Shown here: in pieces, positions 10,891 through 22,377 of the stretch
How the letters are laid out: every line of letters starts with the position of its first letter
How positions within the stretch are numbered: position 1 is the stretch's first letter
Assembly (NCBI GenBank): GCA_002104905.1
Contig: MCFE01000798.1
Location: 1-35,032 of the forward strand
Source of the DNA: Basidiobolus meristosporus CBS 931.73
Taxonomy: Eukaryota > Fungi > Basidiobolomycota
Length of the DNA stretch: 35,032 nt
Reading direction: 5' to 3'
Notes under the pieces: model-generated
Database searches by the model: none
What the model saw: the letters and a program-made list of their open reading frames with translations, nothing else
Told to the model about the DNA's origin: nothing
Translations under genes and position numbers: made by a program

Positions 10891-12275
10891 GCCATGTACA
10901 GCTTGGTCATCAGTATAGGGATATTGGTGAAATTCAAGTGCATTGCTCCCAGTGAAAAGCTTTTGCTCTAAAAGACTCCCTCTATCTTAAGTATCTCTGC
11001 TCTCCATTTAATTCCATATTCCAGCCAATGGCTTATAGCTTGCCAACTTTGCTGCAATTGCATGCTGACTTCTTTACATTCTCTTTACAGAAAGATGATG
11101 TTTGTAGTGTAGGTGCTTGGGTAATAATAATGTGTGTGAATTATGGATTAAGTCCCCTGGATCTAACACATTTGACAGCAATACAATCTTTTGTTCCCAG
11201 AGAAGCCAGCTATCTTGCTGATTGCTGGGGTATCTCTTATGCAGATAATAATATGCACTTTGACATGATGGCAATTTAACATTATCCTGCAGGAAAGCAT
11301 ACAAAATTCATACAGCAAAGGATACAGGTAGCTATCCAAGTTGGACAGTGATTTAGGCCCAAATACCAGTAAGACTACCATCAGATTTCTGCTCTGATAC
11401 CATAAGATTAGCAGCAGATTCAGGTTGATGAGAGTCAGCGGCCAGCAGGATTTGCTGGTAGTGTACTTGTTTAATGAGAACCAATCAAGTGCTAAGGCAA
11501 AGGCATGGTGATATATACCATCCAAGTAGCCCCTGCCTCTTAGCTGTTTGTAATGTTTGCTATCAAATAATTTGGATATATTTGCACTTAATTGATGCTG
11601 AGTGCAGTACATTATAGCTTCACAATATTTGTTGGACTGCATAACTTCTTTAGACAGGGTGCTACCAGAATATATAATCAGAGTGTGAACAATGTATTGC
11701 CTAATGGTGGTGGATTCCTGACAAGTTGGACACCTTGCAATAGTGGTATTTCTGATGTGAATGCCATGTAAATGTTAACACATGCTGATATCAGGATAGT
11801 TCCTGGGTCTTATGTTGCCAGCTGCATGATGGTTGTCCATTTATACCATATGCATGGTAAGTGGCATGCAGGGATGATTTGGCAAGCAGTAGTAGTAAAT
11901 CCTCAAAGCCCTCATTACTGATATTAGTGGAAACAGGCCACTTCTCTAGCCACAACATTATATCATTCACCAGTAGATAGGTTACTGGGCTCACTTGGCT
12001 CCATAAAGTGTCCTTGGCATTTGTTTCAACATGTGGTGTCTCATTGCATATAGGGATTTGACAAGGCTCATACATGGTACTGCTGTTGGGGAGATAGGCT
12101 CAAAATACAACAGTGAACCTTCTTTTTCCAAGCTATTGCTCTGTGTGCCATATTCAGAAGGCTAAGGTGAGCCTAAAGGCATCACAAATTAACTTGGCTC
12201 AGTTTGCACAAGGTGACAAAGATGGCCAGGTGCTGCTGTAGAAGTATCAACTGGCCAGCAAGATAATGTTGGTAC

Positions 12276-12623
12276 TGTTGTAAAAATTTGTAATTCCACC
12301 TAAATATTCACCTAACTAAGTCACTTAGATCATTACCTTCAAATCCTAGAGAATACTGACCAAATTCCTTGTTGGGATTTACTTAGAATATTTTCACCAA
12401 AATACCAGGTACCCAGAACATGAAAATTCTCAAAGTTGTCCAAACAGCCCCAAACTTTGCACACATGTTCTTGGGACCTTCCTTAACCTATCCTACATGT
12501 TTGTTATGCCAAGACCAGGTAAAAGTATAAATACTACTTTTACATTCAATAAATCATTAAGTGAAAACCACATAATCTACTTGTCTCCCAATCACTTCCA
12601 ATATCTCCAAAACTCTTACAACA
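12276..12623 (+). repeat. 5' LTR of copia A (348 bp)
   Basis: TGTTG..CAACA; 8 substitutions and 1 indel versus 16611-16959 by eye. Confidence 0.96.
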
Positions 12624-12638
12624 GGTTATGAGCCCCAA
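12624..12638 (+). promoter_or_regulatory. PBS complementary to the anticodon arm of initiator tRNA-Met (half-tRNA priming)
   Basis: GGTTATGAGCCCCAA directly after the LTR, of the Drosophila copia / yeast Ty5 type; identical 15-mer in copia B. Confidence 0.85.
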
Positions 12639-12654
12639 GCTGTCACTCTCTGCA

Positions 12655-15600
12655 ATGTCTACTACTGCTATTACTGGAATTTTTCCCTCTGCTGAAAAGT
12701 TGGATGGCTCTAACTACCAAGTGTGGAAGGTGAAGATGAAGATGCTGCTACAAGAAAGAGGCCTTTGGGATATTGTCATGGGAGAAGAATGCCCTCCTAA
12801 AAATGTGGGAGAGGAAGCCTTAAAGTACCAGAAGAAAGAACAAAGTTCCTTTAACTGCATTTGCGTTAATGTCAAGGACAAATTGCTAATTCAATGCTCA
12901 AGAGCAAAAACGGCAAATAATGCCTGGAAGGCATTAGAAGACACCTACCAGTCATGTTCAGCTGCCAAGAAAATGTATCTGAGAAGAAAATTCTTTACTA
13001 CAAAGATGCTGCCAGGAGAAGAAATGAAAAATCTAATTAACAGAATTACCCTGCTGGTGGATGAGATGGAATCTGTGGGTGTACCAACTACTGATGAGGA
13101 TGTGTTAGTTACCATCCTGAATAGCCTGACAGACAAGTTTCAGGGCCTTGTATCAGCTCTAGAGTCCAGAACTGAAGATTTGACCTTAAATTACGTATAT
13201 GGAAGGCTCCTGGATGAAGAATTAAGAAAATCAAGTGCCAATAAGAAGGAAGAAGAAAATGCTTTAATAAGCAATGATAACCAACAAAGGAGGTACCCAA
13301 GACCCTACAAAGGCAACAGCAACCTATTTTGCAACTACTGCAAAAGGAAAGGACACACATCAGACCGGTGTTTCAAAAAGAGAGATTATCAGCAAAAGAA
13401 GCCTGAATATGGAAATGCTGCAACAACTGAAGATAGACTATTCATATCTGCACTAAATATGACCACAAACCAGGATTCTCATATGTGGTATATTGACTCT
13501 GGAGCTTCTCAACACTTTACACACCAAAAAGAACTTTTTACCCAATATCAAGAAATTCCAATTAAGAAGGTTTTCATGGGTGACAATAGAACACTTGATG
13601 CAGTGGGAGAAGGAACTATCCAAGTAAACCTTAGAAGCAGTGAAGGAAGCCATTCACTGACCTTTAAAGAAGTACTCTATGTACCAGAAATAGCCAAGAA
13701 CCTACTCTCTGTAAGCAAGGCCACAGCAGAGGGACTCAGTTTCAGTTTTGACAATTCTGGATGCAGGATCACTGATCAAAATGGTGCTCATATTGCTTTG
13801 GGCATCAGAGATCAGAATCTATACAAGTTGCCTTATATTCCATCATATCTGGAAGCCAATATAAGTAACTTAAATGAAGAAACACCAATGCTTTGGCATA
13901 GGAGATTTGGGCACATCAATTTTGATTATTTGCGCAAAATGATCAATGATCAGCTAATTTCTGGAGTGAAAATTGATCCCCCAGCTAATTTGGAGCACTG
14001 TGAGGCCTGCATATATGGGAAATAAGCCAGACAACCGTTCAAGAGCTCTGGGTTAATCAAAACTAAGAAAAAATTAGATCTAATTCACTCAGATCTGTGT
14101 GGACCTATGCAAAATATATCCTTAGGCGGGATGAAGTTTTTAATCACTTTTATTGATGATTACACAAGATACACATGGGTCTACTTCATGGAGAGAAAGA
14201 AAGAAGCTCTGTCTAAGTTCAGGGAGTTTAAAGCCATGGTGGAGAGAGAAACTGGTGAAAAAATCAAGAAAATACGCTCTGACAATGGTGGAGAATATAC
14301 CTCAAAACTCTTCATCCACTTCTGCAAAACTCATAGGATAAAGCAAGAGACTACTGTACCATACTCCCCACAGCAAAATGGAGTAGCAGAACGAGCTAAC
14401 AGATCAATAACTGATATGGCAAGATCTATGATCCATGATCAAAAATTATCCTATGATTTTTGGGCAAAATTAGTTGCCACTGCTGTATACCTTAGAAATA
14501 GGAGTTATAACAGAATACTTTGTGATTCTACTCCATTTGAAGCATGGTATGGATACAGACCAAGTGCAGAACATCTAAGAATATTTGGGTGCACAGCATA
14601 TGCCAAAAAACTGGCCGGAAATCAGTCAAAATTTGAGCCAAAAAGTGTAAAATGCATATTTTTGGGCTACTGCAATGAGAGTAAGGCATACAGACTCTAT
14701 AATACCAAAGCAAAGAAGCTTATCAAGTCCAGGGATGTGCTGTTTGATGAAAATTCAAAATTTTCACAAAAAACGACATCAGATGATGACAAAAATTTGA
14801 TCTCAAGTCCACCAATTGTCAGGATTGAATCAGAGCAAAACAATGAGAATTTTTTCACTCCAGAGGACTCTACAACCGTGGTTCAGCCAGAATCAGTGCC
14901 CAGGAATATCCCAGAAGTGATCATTCTAGTATCAAATGCCCGGAGATCAAATCAGACAAGAAATAGCCCAAATTACTATATCAATGAGGGTACAAACTTA
15001 GCCTATGCCTATTCAGTCCATATTGATGAACCCCAGACTGTAAAAGAGGCCCTAAATAGCCCTCAGACAAAGTTTTGGAGATCTGCAATGACTGAGGAAT
15101 ATCAGGCCCTAATGGAAAATCAACCTTGGGACTTGGTCAAATTACCAATCAACCAAAAATCAATTGGATGCAGATGGGTCTTCAAGACAAAATACAAGGC
15201 TGATGGTACAATTGAAAGATACAAAGCAAGACTTGTAGCCATAGGATACTCTCAAACAAAAGGACTTGACTATACTGAGACCTTTGCACCGGTAGCCAAG
15301 TTTCATTCCATCAGATTAATATTGGCTATTGCAGCCAAATATAAGTTTTTTATTCATCAAATGGATGTAAAAACTGCATTTTTGAATGGAGAACTTGATG
15401 AGGACGTGTATATGAACCAGCCTGATGGGTTTGTTGACCAAAATAATCCCCATTTGGTCTGCAAGCTTAAAAAGTCACTATATGGTCTCAAATAATAACC
15501 AAGAGCTTGGAAATGCAAGATAGATTCTTATTTGGAATCTTTGAGTGTCAAAAAGAGTAATGCTGACTATAGTATATACTATAAGCCAGATAGAGCAAAT

Positions 15601-16599
15601 CCAGCTCTATTAGCTCTATATGTGGATGATCTTATTATAGCCGCCAATAACCTAGAAACATTGGAAGAGACTAAGTCCAGCCTATCTAAGGAGTTCAAGA
15701 TGTCTGATCTAGGAGAACTTGGTTACTACTTAGGGATTAAGTTCTCCATAGACAGAAGTACCCAGACTATTATCCTAAGCCAATCCAAGTATATTCAAGA
15801 TATACTAAAGAAGTACAAAATGGAAGACTGTAAACCGGCAGCCACCCCAATGGAGACAAACCTTAACTTGGTCAAAACTCAACCAAATCAAGAGAGCTTG
15901 GTGCCATCTGAAAGCCCTGACTTTCCTTATCAATCTATGGTTGGCAGTCTGATGTATATCATGCTTGGAACACGTCCAGATATCTCATATCCAGTGGGAG
16001 TTGTCAGCCAACATAATCAGAATTATGGATCTGATCATATTGCAGCAGTTAAGCGGATTTTTAGATACCTAAAAGAAACTGCTGATATCTGCTTAAGATA
16101 TACTTATAAGGATTCAGAACAGGATCTTGTGGGATACTCTGATGCTGATTGGGGACAAAATTTAGAAGACAGAAGATCCACCACAGGATACACCTTTCTT
16201 TACTGTAAAGGAGCAATATCATGGAATTCAAGAAAGCAACCAACTGTAGCACTTTCCACCACAGAGGCAGAGTATATGGCAGCCTGTGAAGCTACAAAAG
16301 AAGCAATGTGGTTAAGAAAGCTGTTTACAGATTTAGGCCTATGTCAAAAAACGCCTATTACTTTATTTCAAGATAATCAAGGATGTATAAAATTAAGTAG
16401 AAATCCAACTTTTCATGCTAGAACCAAGCACATAGATATTAGACATCATTTCATACGTGAAGCTATAGAGAATAACTTAGTTAGCTTAGTTTACTGTCCT
16501 ACAGATGAAATGATTGCAGACATATTTACCAAACCATTAGCTAGAGACAAGTTTGAATATCTTAGGTCAAAATTAGGACTAGTCAGTATGAACATTTAG
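12655..16599 (+). pseudogene. Copia gag-pol polyprotein, single frame with three premature TAA stops (14023, 15493, 15496)
   Basis: CNYCKRKGHTSDRC knuckle, [67 protein letters not shown]. Confidence 0.95.
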
Positions 16600-16600
16600 C

Positions 16601-16610
16601 TGAGTGGGAG
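16601..16610 (+). promoter_or_regulatory. Polypurine tract of copia A
   Basis: TGAGTGGGAG immediately before the 3' LTR. Confidence 0.75.
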
Positions 16611-16959
16611 TGTTGTAAGAATTCATAATTCCACCTAAATATTCACCTAACTTAGTCACTTAGATCATTACCTTCAAATCCTAGAGAATACTGACCAAAT
16701 TCCTTGTTGGGATTTACTTAGAATATTTTCACCAAAATACCAGGTACCCAGAACATGAAAATTCTCAAAGTTGTCCAAACAGCCCCAAACTTTGCACACA
16801 TGTTCTTGGGACCTTCCTTAACCTATCCTACGTGTTTGTAATGCCAAGACCAGGTAAAAGTATAAATACTACTTTTACATTCAATAAATCATTAAGTGAG
16901 AACCACATAATCTACTTGTTCTCCCAATCACTTCCAATATCTCCAAGACTCTTACAACA
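16611..16959 (+). repeat. 3' LTR of copia A (349 bp)
   Basis: Direct repeat of 12276-12623. Confidence 0.96.
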
Positions 16960-17286
16960 GGTACAGTAGTGACCAATGAATGGTCAAATATGACTTGGGT
17001 GGCAAACACTGGCTGAGGTCCTTGAAGTACTTCCTATGCTATCTGCATGCTTCATTGCTGAGAGGCTTGCCACAATAGTCACATGGTCTTTTTTCTCTTC
17101 TCTCATGGCGTTGAGTCAAAGTAGTCTTGTCCATGGGGCAAACAGTTTGACCTTCAACAATATAATGCTATTATATCACTGTTTGGTCAATACTCATGTG
17201 AACTCCAGACAGTTTTGTATTTGAGACAGCATACATACATGAATGTAAGATTCAATGATGACCTGCCATAGTAAACACTATAAATA

Positions 17287-17310
17287 AGACTTGTTCCGTT
17301 GGATAGTGCC
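17287..17310 (+). repeat. Left TIR AGACTTGTTCCGTTGGATAGTGCC
   Basis: Inverse of 22281-22304 (20/24) and of 25308-25331 (23/24). Confidence 0.85.
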
Positions 17311-17469
17311 ACATAGTGCCAGCCTGTTTATGGTGCCGGATCAATCTGGCACTCTACAGCACTATCTGACACTACAATTTCTACCATGATGCCAGTGGTA
17401 TGATACAGTTACTGGTAATTTTACTCAATCTTACTTATGTTGCTCAGAATAGTGCTTTCCTTGCTTTAT

Positions 17470-18354
17470 TTACTCTTCATAATGCTCCAGACACATTTCT
17501 CTCAGTGGATGTCTTCTTGTATGAACATACTGTGCATTAATAAGTATCTTAACTATTTTACCTATTCTACTGTTTTCTCCTATCTATGACTTTCCTCTGT
17601 ATTTACCTGCCAATATGCTGAATCTCTTCAGATATCCAAATGTGTGCTCTACCCTCACTCTGAAATGATTAAGTATCTCATTGTAGAGCTTCTGCTTCCT
17701 GCTAAGCACACCATTCCTTGGCTTCCTATAAGCTGTAATACATCCTAATCTCTGACAATCCTCTCCTATATAGGCTAAGTATGCCGTACATTTCTCCCCT
17801 CTACTGAATTCAGGATGATTCTCTACCCAGAGTGCTTTGTCATGCCTACTACCAGCAAATGGCCCACTAAACCAGATGATGTTACCCTCAATGTCAGACA
17901 GTGCTTGAAACTTCACATAGTGTGCCTTGTACTTGCCAGAATAAAAGTGCCTCTGCCCTCTAGAAGGTCTGTTAATCCTCACTGGGAAGGTATCCAAAAT
18001 ACTCCTGATATGGAACCTGTTGCTGAACACTCTGGGATATGGAAGTCTATTGGAGCTTCTGAACCTAGTATTCCAAGCTTGCTTTAAGTCATTCATACAC
18101 TGTGCAAGGTGGTTCTCCATTGCTGTCAGCATGGAATGAAAGCTTATAGGACTTTTGTTGCCATGGATGGTGGGATGAAACCTTGTAGGGCAATAGTTCT
18201 TGTAATAGCAGAGAAGCTTAACAAGGGATCTCGTTGAGTAGTTTGGGGTTGATGGTCCACAGTACTTGGTACAGATCTCCTCTAGTGTGTCAAAAGGAAA
18301 TCCAGTGGTAGTGATGGGATTGATGAGAAAAGACCATTCAGATGAGTAAGTCAT
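17470..18354 (-). pseudogene. DDE_Tnp_4-like (IS5/Harbinger-type) transposase, ~295 codons, premature TAG at 17584-17586
   Basis: ILDTFPVRI, FYSGKYKAH..KFQ..SGPFAGSRHD, RVRVEHTFGYLKRFSIL. The frame continues past the TAG to ..HPLREMCLEHYEE*. The expected catalytic D reads Y (TAYLAY) here but D (MVDLSY) in the second copy. Confidence 0.85.
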
Positions 18355-18713
18355 ATCAAAATTGGTGGATGATTGTATGGAGGTGGTTTGACTTGATTTG
18401 GTGCAATCTGCGTTATTTATCTGATTTTTAATACATGATGGTTAAATCTCCATCAATTGCCATGTATCCCATCATTATGTCGCAAAAATCATCCGCAAAC
18501 AATGCCTTGGTACTTTTATTGATGCTTTAATCATAGGTCTATAATCAAATAGGAAATCTGCAATTGATGTGATCTGATCCGTGTCAACATGATCCAAGAT
18601 GCATCATGCATAATATATGGAAAATTCAACAATCACATTAGTTTTCATATATATTTCATATAAGACTAGGTTGATGCCAATATACTGCTGTATAAGTATC
18701 CAAATCTGTTGCT

Positions 18714-19703
18714 ATGGTCCCCATACCAAGCCTCAACTCATCTTTAGTACAACCTAGACAAAACCCATCCCCCAGCTCACAAGCGCGGTCTGGACCAGAA
18801 AAGTTAATGTTGGATCTGTTTGAGTTCTTGCATAATGATTTTAGTATTACTCAAGTGTCTATGATGAGCCTTCATACAGATATTTGGGCACTACTGATTA
18901 ATCTAGCAGAACTAGATACCTCAGAGAGTTGACAAAGATGGAAGAATTTGAGTAGAAAGCTGTGGCATGAGTTCTACATTAAGATGCCAGCCTGTGTATG
19001 TAAGAAGATATATAACAAGACAAGTATTGAAATCAAGAATGAGCTGAGAGTGAGGGGATTTGACAAAGAAGCCACGCAGGAACAATTTTGCGCGCAATTT
19101 GCGCAGTACAGGCCAGACGCGTCCATTTGTGCCTCAACTTTGGGAACCAAAGAGATTTTGAATGAGTTTTTGCCTCAAATGACTAATGTACTATGTGATA
19201 TATTAGTAGAGCTAAGTGGCTTCCAAGAGCAATATACACAGTACTCATCCAGGCAACAGCTCCAAAGTATCAGACAGAGGGTAAGTGAATACCTTGAGGA
19301 ATTAGATGGTGAACTTCAGGTGGAAGAATACAGACCGCAAGCAACATTGTCCAGATCATGTCAGCATGCCTTGCTGGATTCCCTACCATCTCTTGCAACC
19401 ACAGCGCACCAGCGCACGTCAGTCCAGACCATGCCAACACCCTTTACCAGAATGCCCCACATTGAGTCAACGCGCGTGCTTCAGAGCAAAACTACAAGAA
19501 CTTGCCAAACTGCTCATTTAGACACAAGTCCATTGGAGCGGACCAAGTTGCATTGTAGTGGGGTTGCAGTGACACCCACAGGCAGATGTGCTCATTCTTA
19601 TGCATTCACTTCCCTAAAAAGGATTACCCTGCTTATATTATTATCATCCCAAATTTGCAATATTTCCTATTTTTGTCTATGTGATCATTACTATGCAACC
19701 TGA
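18714..19703 (+). pseudogene. Harbinger second ORF, possibly Myb/SANT(MADF)-like DNA-binding protein; in-frame TGA at 18930-18932
   Basis: ORFs 18714-18932 and 18948-19703 share a frame. W-x17-WKNL (..ES*QRWKNL) resembles the MADF/trihelix helix. Position matches the two-gene layout of PIF/Harbinger. Confidence 0.5.
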
Positions 19704-19712
19704 CAAACTATT

Positions 19713-20158
19713 TGTCACTATTAACCCATTGCACAAGCTATTCTTATTCCTTGCCAAGATGCCAAGATAAGATAGTTACCTTATAAGGCAAGTACCCCAA
19801 CAGTGCCCATGTCATGTGACCATCTTGGCTTCATAACCCTCCCATCTTACCACCATAAGAGGCAACCACATGACACAGAGGTTTCATATTACTACTACCT
19901 GATTGGCTAAGTGCTACTATGTCTCATGGAACAATCCGCCAAGAATTTGCTCTATTTTTAGTACACAATGACATGATTGGCTGTGTACTACCTTCTGGAA
20001 ACTTCTGAAAAATATTTTCTAGCAAGAATTTGAGCAGCAAAAAAGTATATAAGGGAGGCTATCCCTTAAAATAAATCATCCCTCTTCCAATATTCCGACT
20101 TATTGATTAGTGAGATCACCGCTACCTATTACCACTATTTTCTGACTTAGACCTGACA
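19713..20158 (+). repeat. Possible LTR remnant of another gypsy family
   Basis: TGTCA..TGACA ends, GTCATGTGAC, CCTTCTGGAAAC and AAAAGTATATAA in an LTR-like order, but no TSD, PBS or PPT found. Confidence 0.3.
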
Positions 20159-21269
20159 ACACTCCCAGGAAACCGTGCTGACAGCCAACTGACCTTGGAG
20201 GCACTACTTGTGAGGAATACTCAGAGTAGGTATATTTTATTATATTTGTTTGTTTTCCCAAGTTTGTTCTTGTACAGGCAAAGATACTTTTCAGTCTTTG
20301 TAACTATTGGTCAAAACTGCATTCTTATCAAGTCCCTGTTGGTGAAGTTTACAGTTGTTTTGACTTTGGAAGCTTTAGTACATTGTCATCTCAAAGGACG
20401 TCAAAGCCATTATAAACTTTTGTTGAGACGCCAACTAAGTTGGGGACTGTAGTTCAATAGTTTTCCCTTGACAAGCTTGAGGCTTAATCCCCCTTCACAT
20501 TAGATTAGACAAAGACCCAGTATTCCTAGCAAGCTTTTGCCAGAGGTTATCACACCCAGTGAACACCCCACACACATTCACACTTGAGAAGTGTTGGCTG
20601 TATTTTGCCCTTTGGACTTATACACCACCACAGCGTCAACATGCAGTATCACATCAAACTCAGCCAAGGGCCATCTCAACGCATCAAGGCGTGCCTGCAT
20701 GTGCCATTTCACCTGACCATCAGTGAGTTACTTCTGGTGAACTGACTGATGATGACCAACATGAAGTGCCTCAACCACTGGAGCCCTTGGCAAGTAAAAG
20801 AACGCATCAGCACGTGGCACTACAGGCCGGTTCAGTTGGTTCAGTTGGAGCAATCCAGCGCGGCCAAGCTGCAGCATTGCACTCATCAACTAGGAGGCAA
20901 AATATTGACTACAAATACAAGTAGCCAAGATGATAGTCAGCCAGGAAGAGTATAGGTGTGCAAAGTGAGTCACTACCAAATGCTTCAGTAGTAATCCCTG
21001 TGAGAAAAAAACCCAGGAGAAGATGATGTGATTGCTTTGAATCGCTCAAATTTGTAATGATCTCAACAACCCATTTTTTTGCAATCCAAATTGAGCCATT
21101 GCAAATCAGAGATCATCAAATTTTTGATATAAGTAATATCAAGGCTGTCTCACATTTGAGACAGAACCCCTATAAATAAACACCCTGCATATATATATAT
21201 GTCATCTGTAATACCAGTGCATCTATTGCATCTGTTTTGCACTTACACAATCACTTGCGTGCTAGCTAT

Positions 21270-21798
21270 TGTTATGAATAGACACAAGGCAGGAGAGTAG
21301 GGCTAGGCAAGGCAGGACCAGGAAAGGACTTAGGTGTGGATCAACAAGGCAAGGCAGATTTCCAAGGCAAGGCTGTTTATTCAAGACCTGTGTTTATCAG
21401 ACTGAGGAATACTTAAGGGGGGATAGGACTATATATACTTTTTGGCTATACTGATGCCAAGAGATATTAGCCAATATGGATGGGGTTGTGGGGTGAGGCA
21501 CAGCAATGGTGCTGGGGATAATGACATAGATGACACAGCACTGAGACAGGATGGGGAAATGGATTGGGTCACCTGATCATGTGTCCAAGTCATGTGACCT
21601 GGTATTTCCATATATGGTACTGGACTATGAAAAATACAATGGGAAGCTTCCATGGAATGTTCCATTGTGTAACAATGGTTTGGAATGGTCAGGAACTTTC
21701 TGGAAGGTGGTAGAAGGTTCCAGAAGGAATCTCTTAGAAATTGAGCTAAGGAGCTGAAACTTGGCATGGGTGTTCATGGTTGTCATGTGATCATGACA
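21270..21798 (-). mobile_element. Solo LTR (529 bp) of the 2238-8137 gypsy family
   Basis: Aligns end to end with both LTRs; TSD GCTAT (21265-21269 and 21799-21803); no internal sequence. Confidence 0.96.
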
Positions 21799-22280
21799 GC
21801 TATTACACCTTGTCCAATCACTAGGATCAGGGATTTACTTGCTCAATGGGCAAAATGGGATATTTGATGGCAAATCAGGTAGCCTTTTTAGTAGTCAATG
21901 AGCCAATTGGGGGCTGCCAGCTTCAGGATACATTTGGACCAATTAATCATTGAGATACCATCTAATTGCAGTGAGGGTAACCAAAATGGTAAGTATCAGT
22001 GTAGTTTATAGTGTGATACACATTTATTTCCATTTGCATCAAAGAAACATATCCAAATACCGGATTTTACCTGCCATAATAGCAGTATCCAATTGCGCAT
22101 GTGATGCAAACATTACAAGTTGGCGCAATCATCCGTGCCAACCTCATCATGTCAGATTGTGCCATAGTGGGCGAGATTGTCCTGTATAGTGCAAAATTGT
22201 TCAAGAACAATCCTACCTTCTGGTAGTTATAATATTGCGCCCAATTGTTCTGTACAACTGCAGATTGTGCCGTGCGCCCT

Positions 22281-22304
22281 GGCACAGTACAATGGAACAA
22301 GTCT
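22281..22304 (-). repeat. Right TIR of Harbinger-like element
   Basis: GGCACAGTACAATGGAACAAGTCT followed by ATA. Confidence 0.82.
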
Positions 22305-22377
22305 ATATAGTTGCGGCACCACATACACATGTATATCTAACACTATTTTCCCTTTGGTGTTACTCACTTCCATATAT

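Larger units (their letters stand above)
12276..16959 (+). mobile_element. Full-length Ty1/copia LTR retrotransposon (family A)
   Basis: Paired LTRs, TSD GGTAC (12271-12275 and 16960-16964), PBS, PPT, gag-PR-IN-RT-RH order. Empty site at ~9905-9918 in the inverted paralog. Confidence 0.97.
10900..17180 (-). pseudogene. CACTA Transposase_21-like gene, copy 2 (coding ~10900-12275 and ~16960-17180), split by copia
   Basis: ORF 11163-11642: LFDSKHY..ALALDWFS..CWPLTLINLNL..FGPKSLSNLDSYLYPLLYE..DTPAISKIAGF..CCQMC; downstream GIKW..MHL..NI motif near 10920-11010. Ends are approximate. Confidence 0.82.
17287..22304. mobile_element. PIF/Harbinger-like DNA transposon (5018 bp including a solo LTR) with divergent transposase and second ORF
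   Basis: 24-bp TIRs (20/24, first 11 perfect), flanking ATA at 17284-17286 and 22305-22307, DDE_Tnp_4-like gene. The joined flanks match the uninterrupted paralog at ~9520-9620. Confidence 0.85.

Noticed and set aside
14023-15498. TAA at conserved Gln positions (GK*, LK*) suggesting a TAR=Gln genetic code
   Set aside because: Gln is otherwise CAA/CAG throughout, TAG ends the polyproteins at the expected places, and other premature stops replace non-Gln residues; simple point mutations suffice.
17370-19560. CACTACAAT ... ATTGTAGTG as a CACTA TIR pair
   Set aside because: Only 9 bp, flanks TGA and GGG do not match, the motif is not conserved in the second copy, and better TIRs with a TSD and empty site exist at 17287 and 22304.
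21188-21201. (AT)6 microsatellite
   Set aside because: Short and common; no independent significance.
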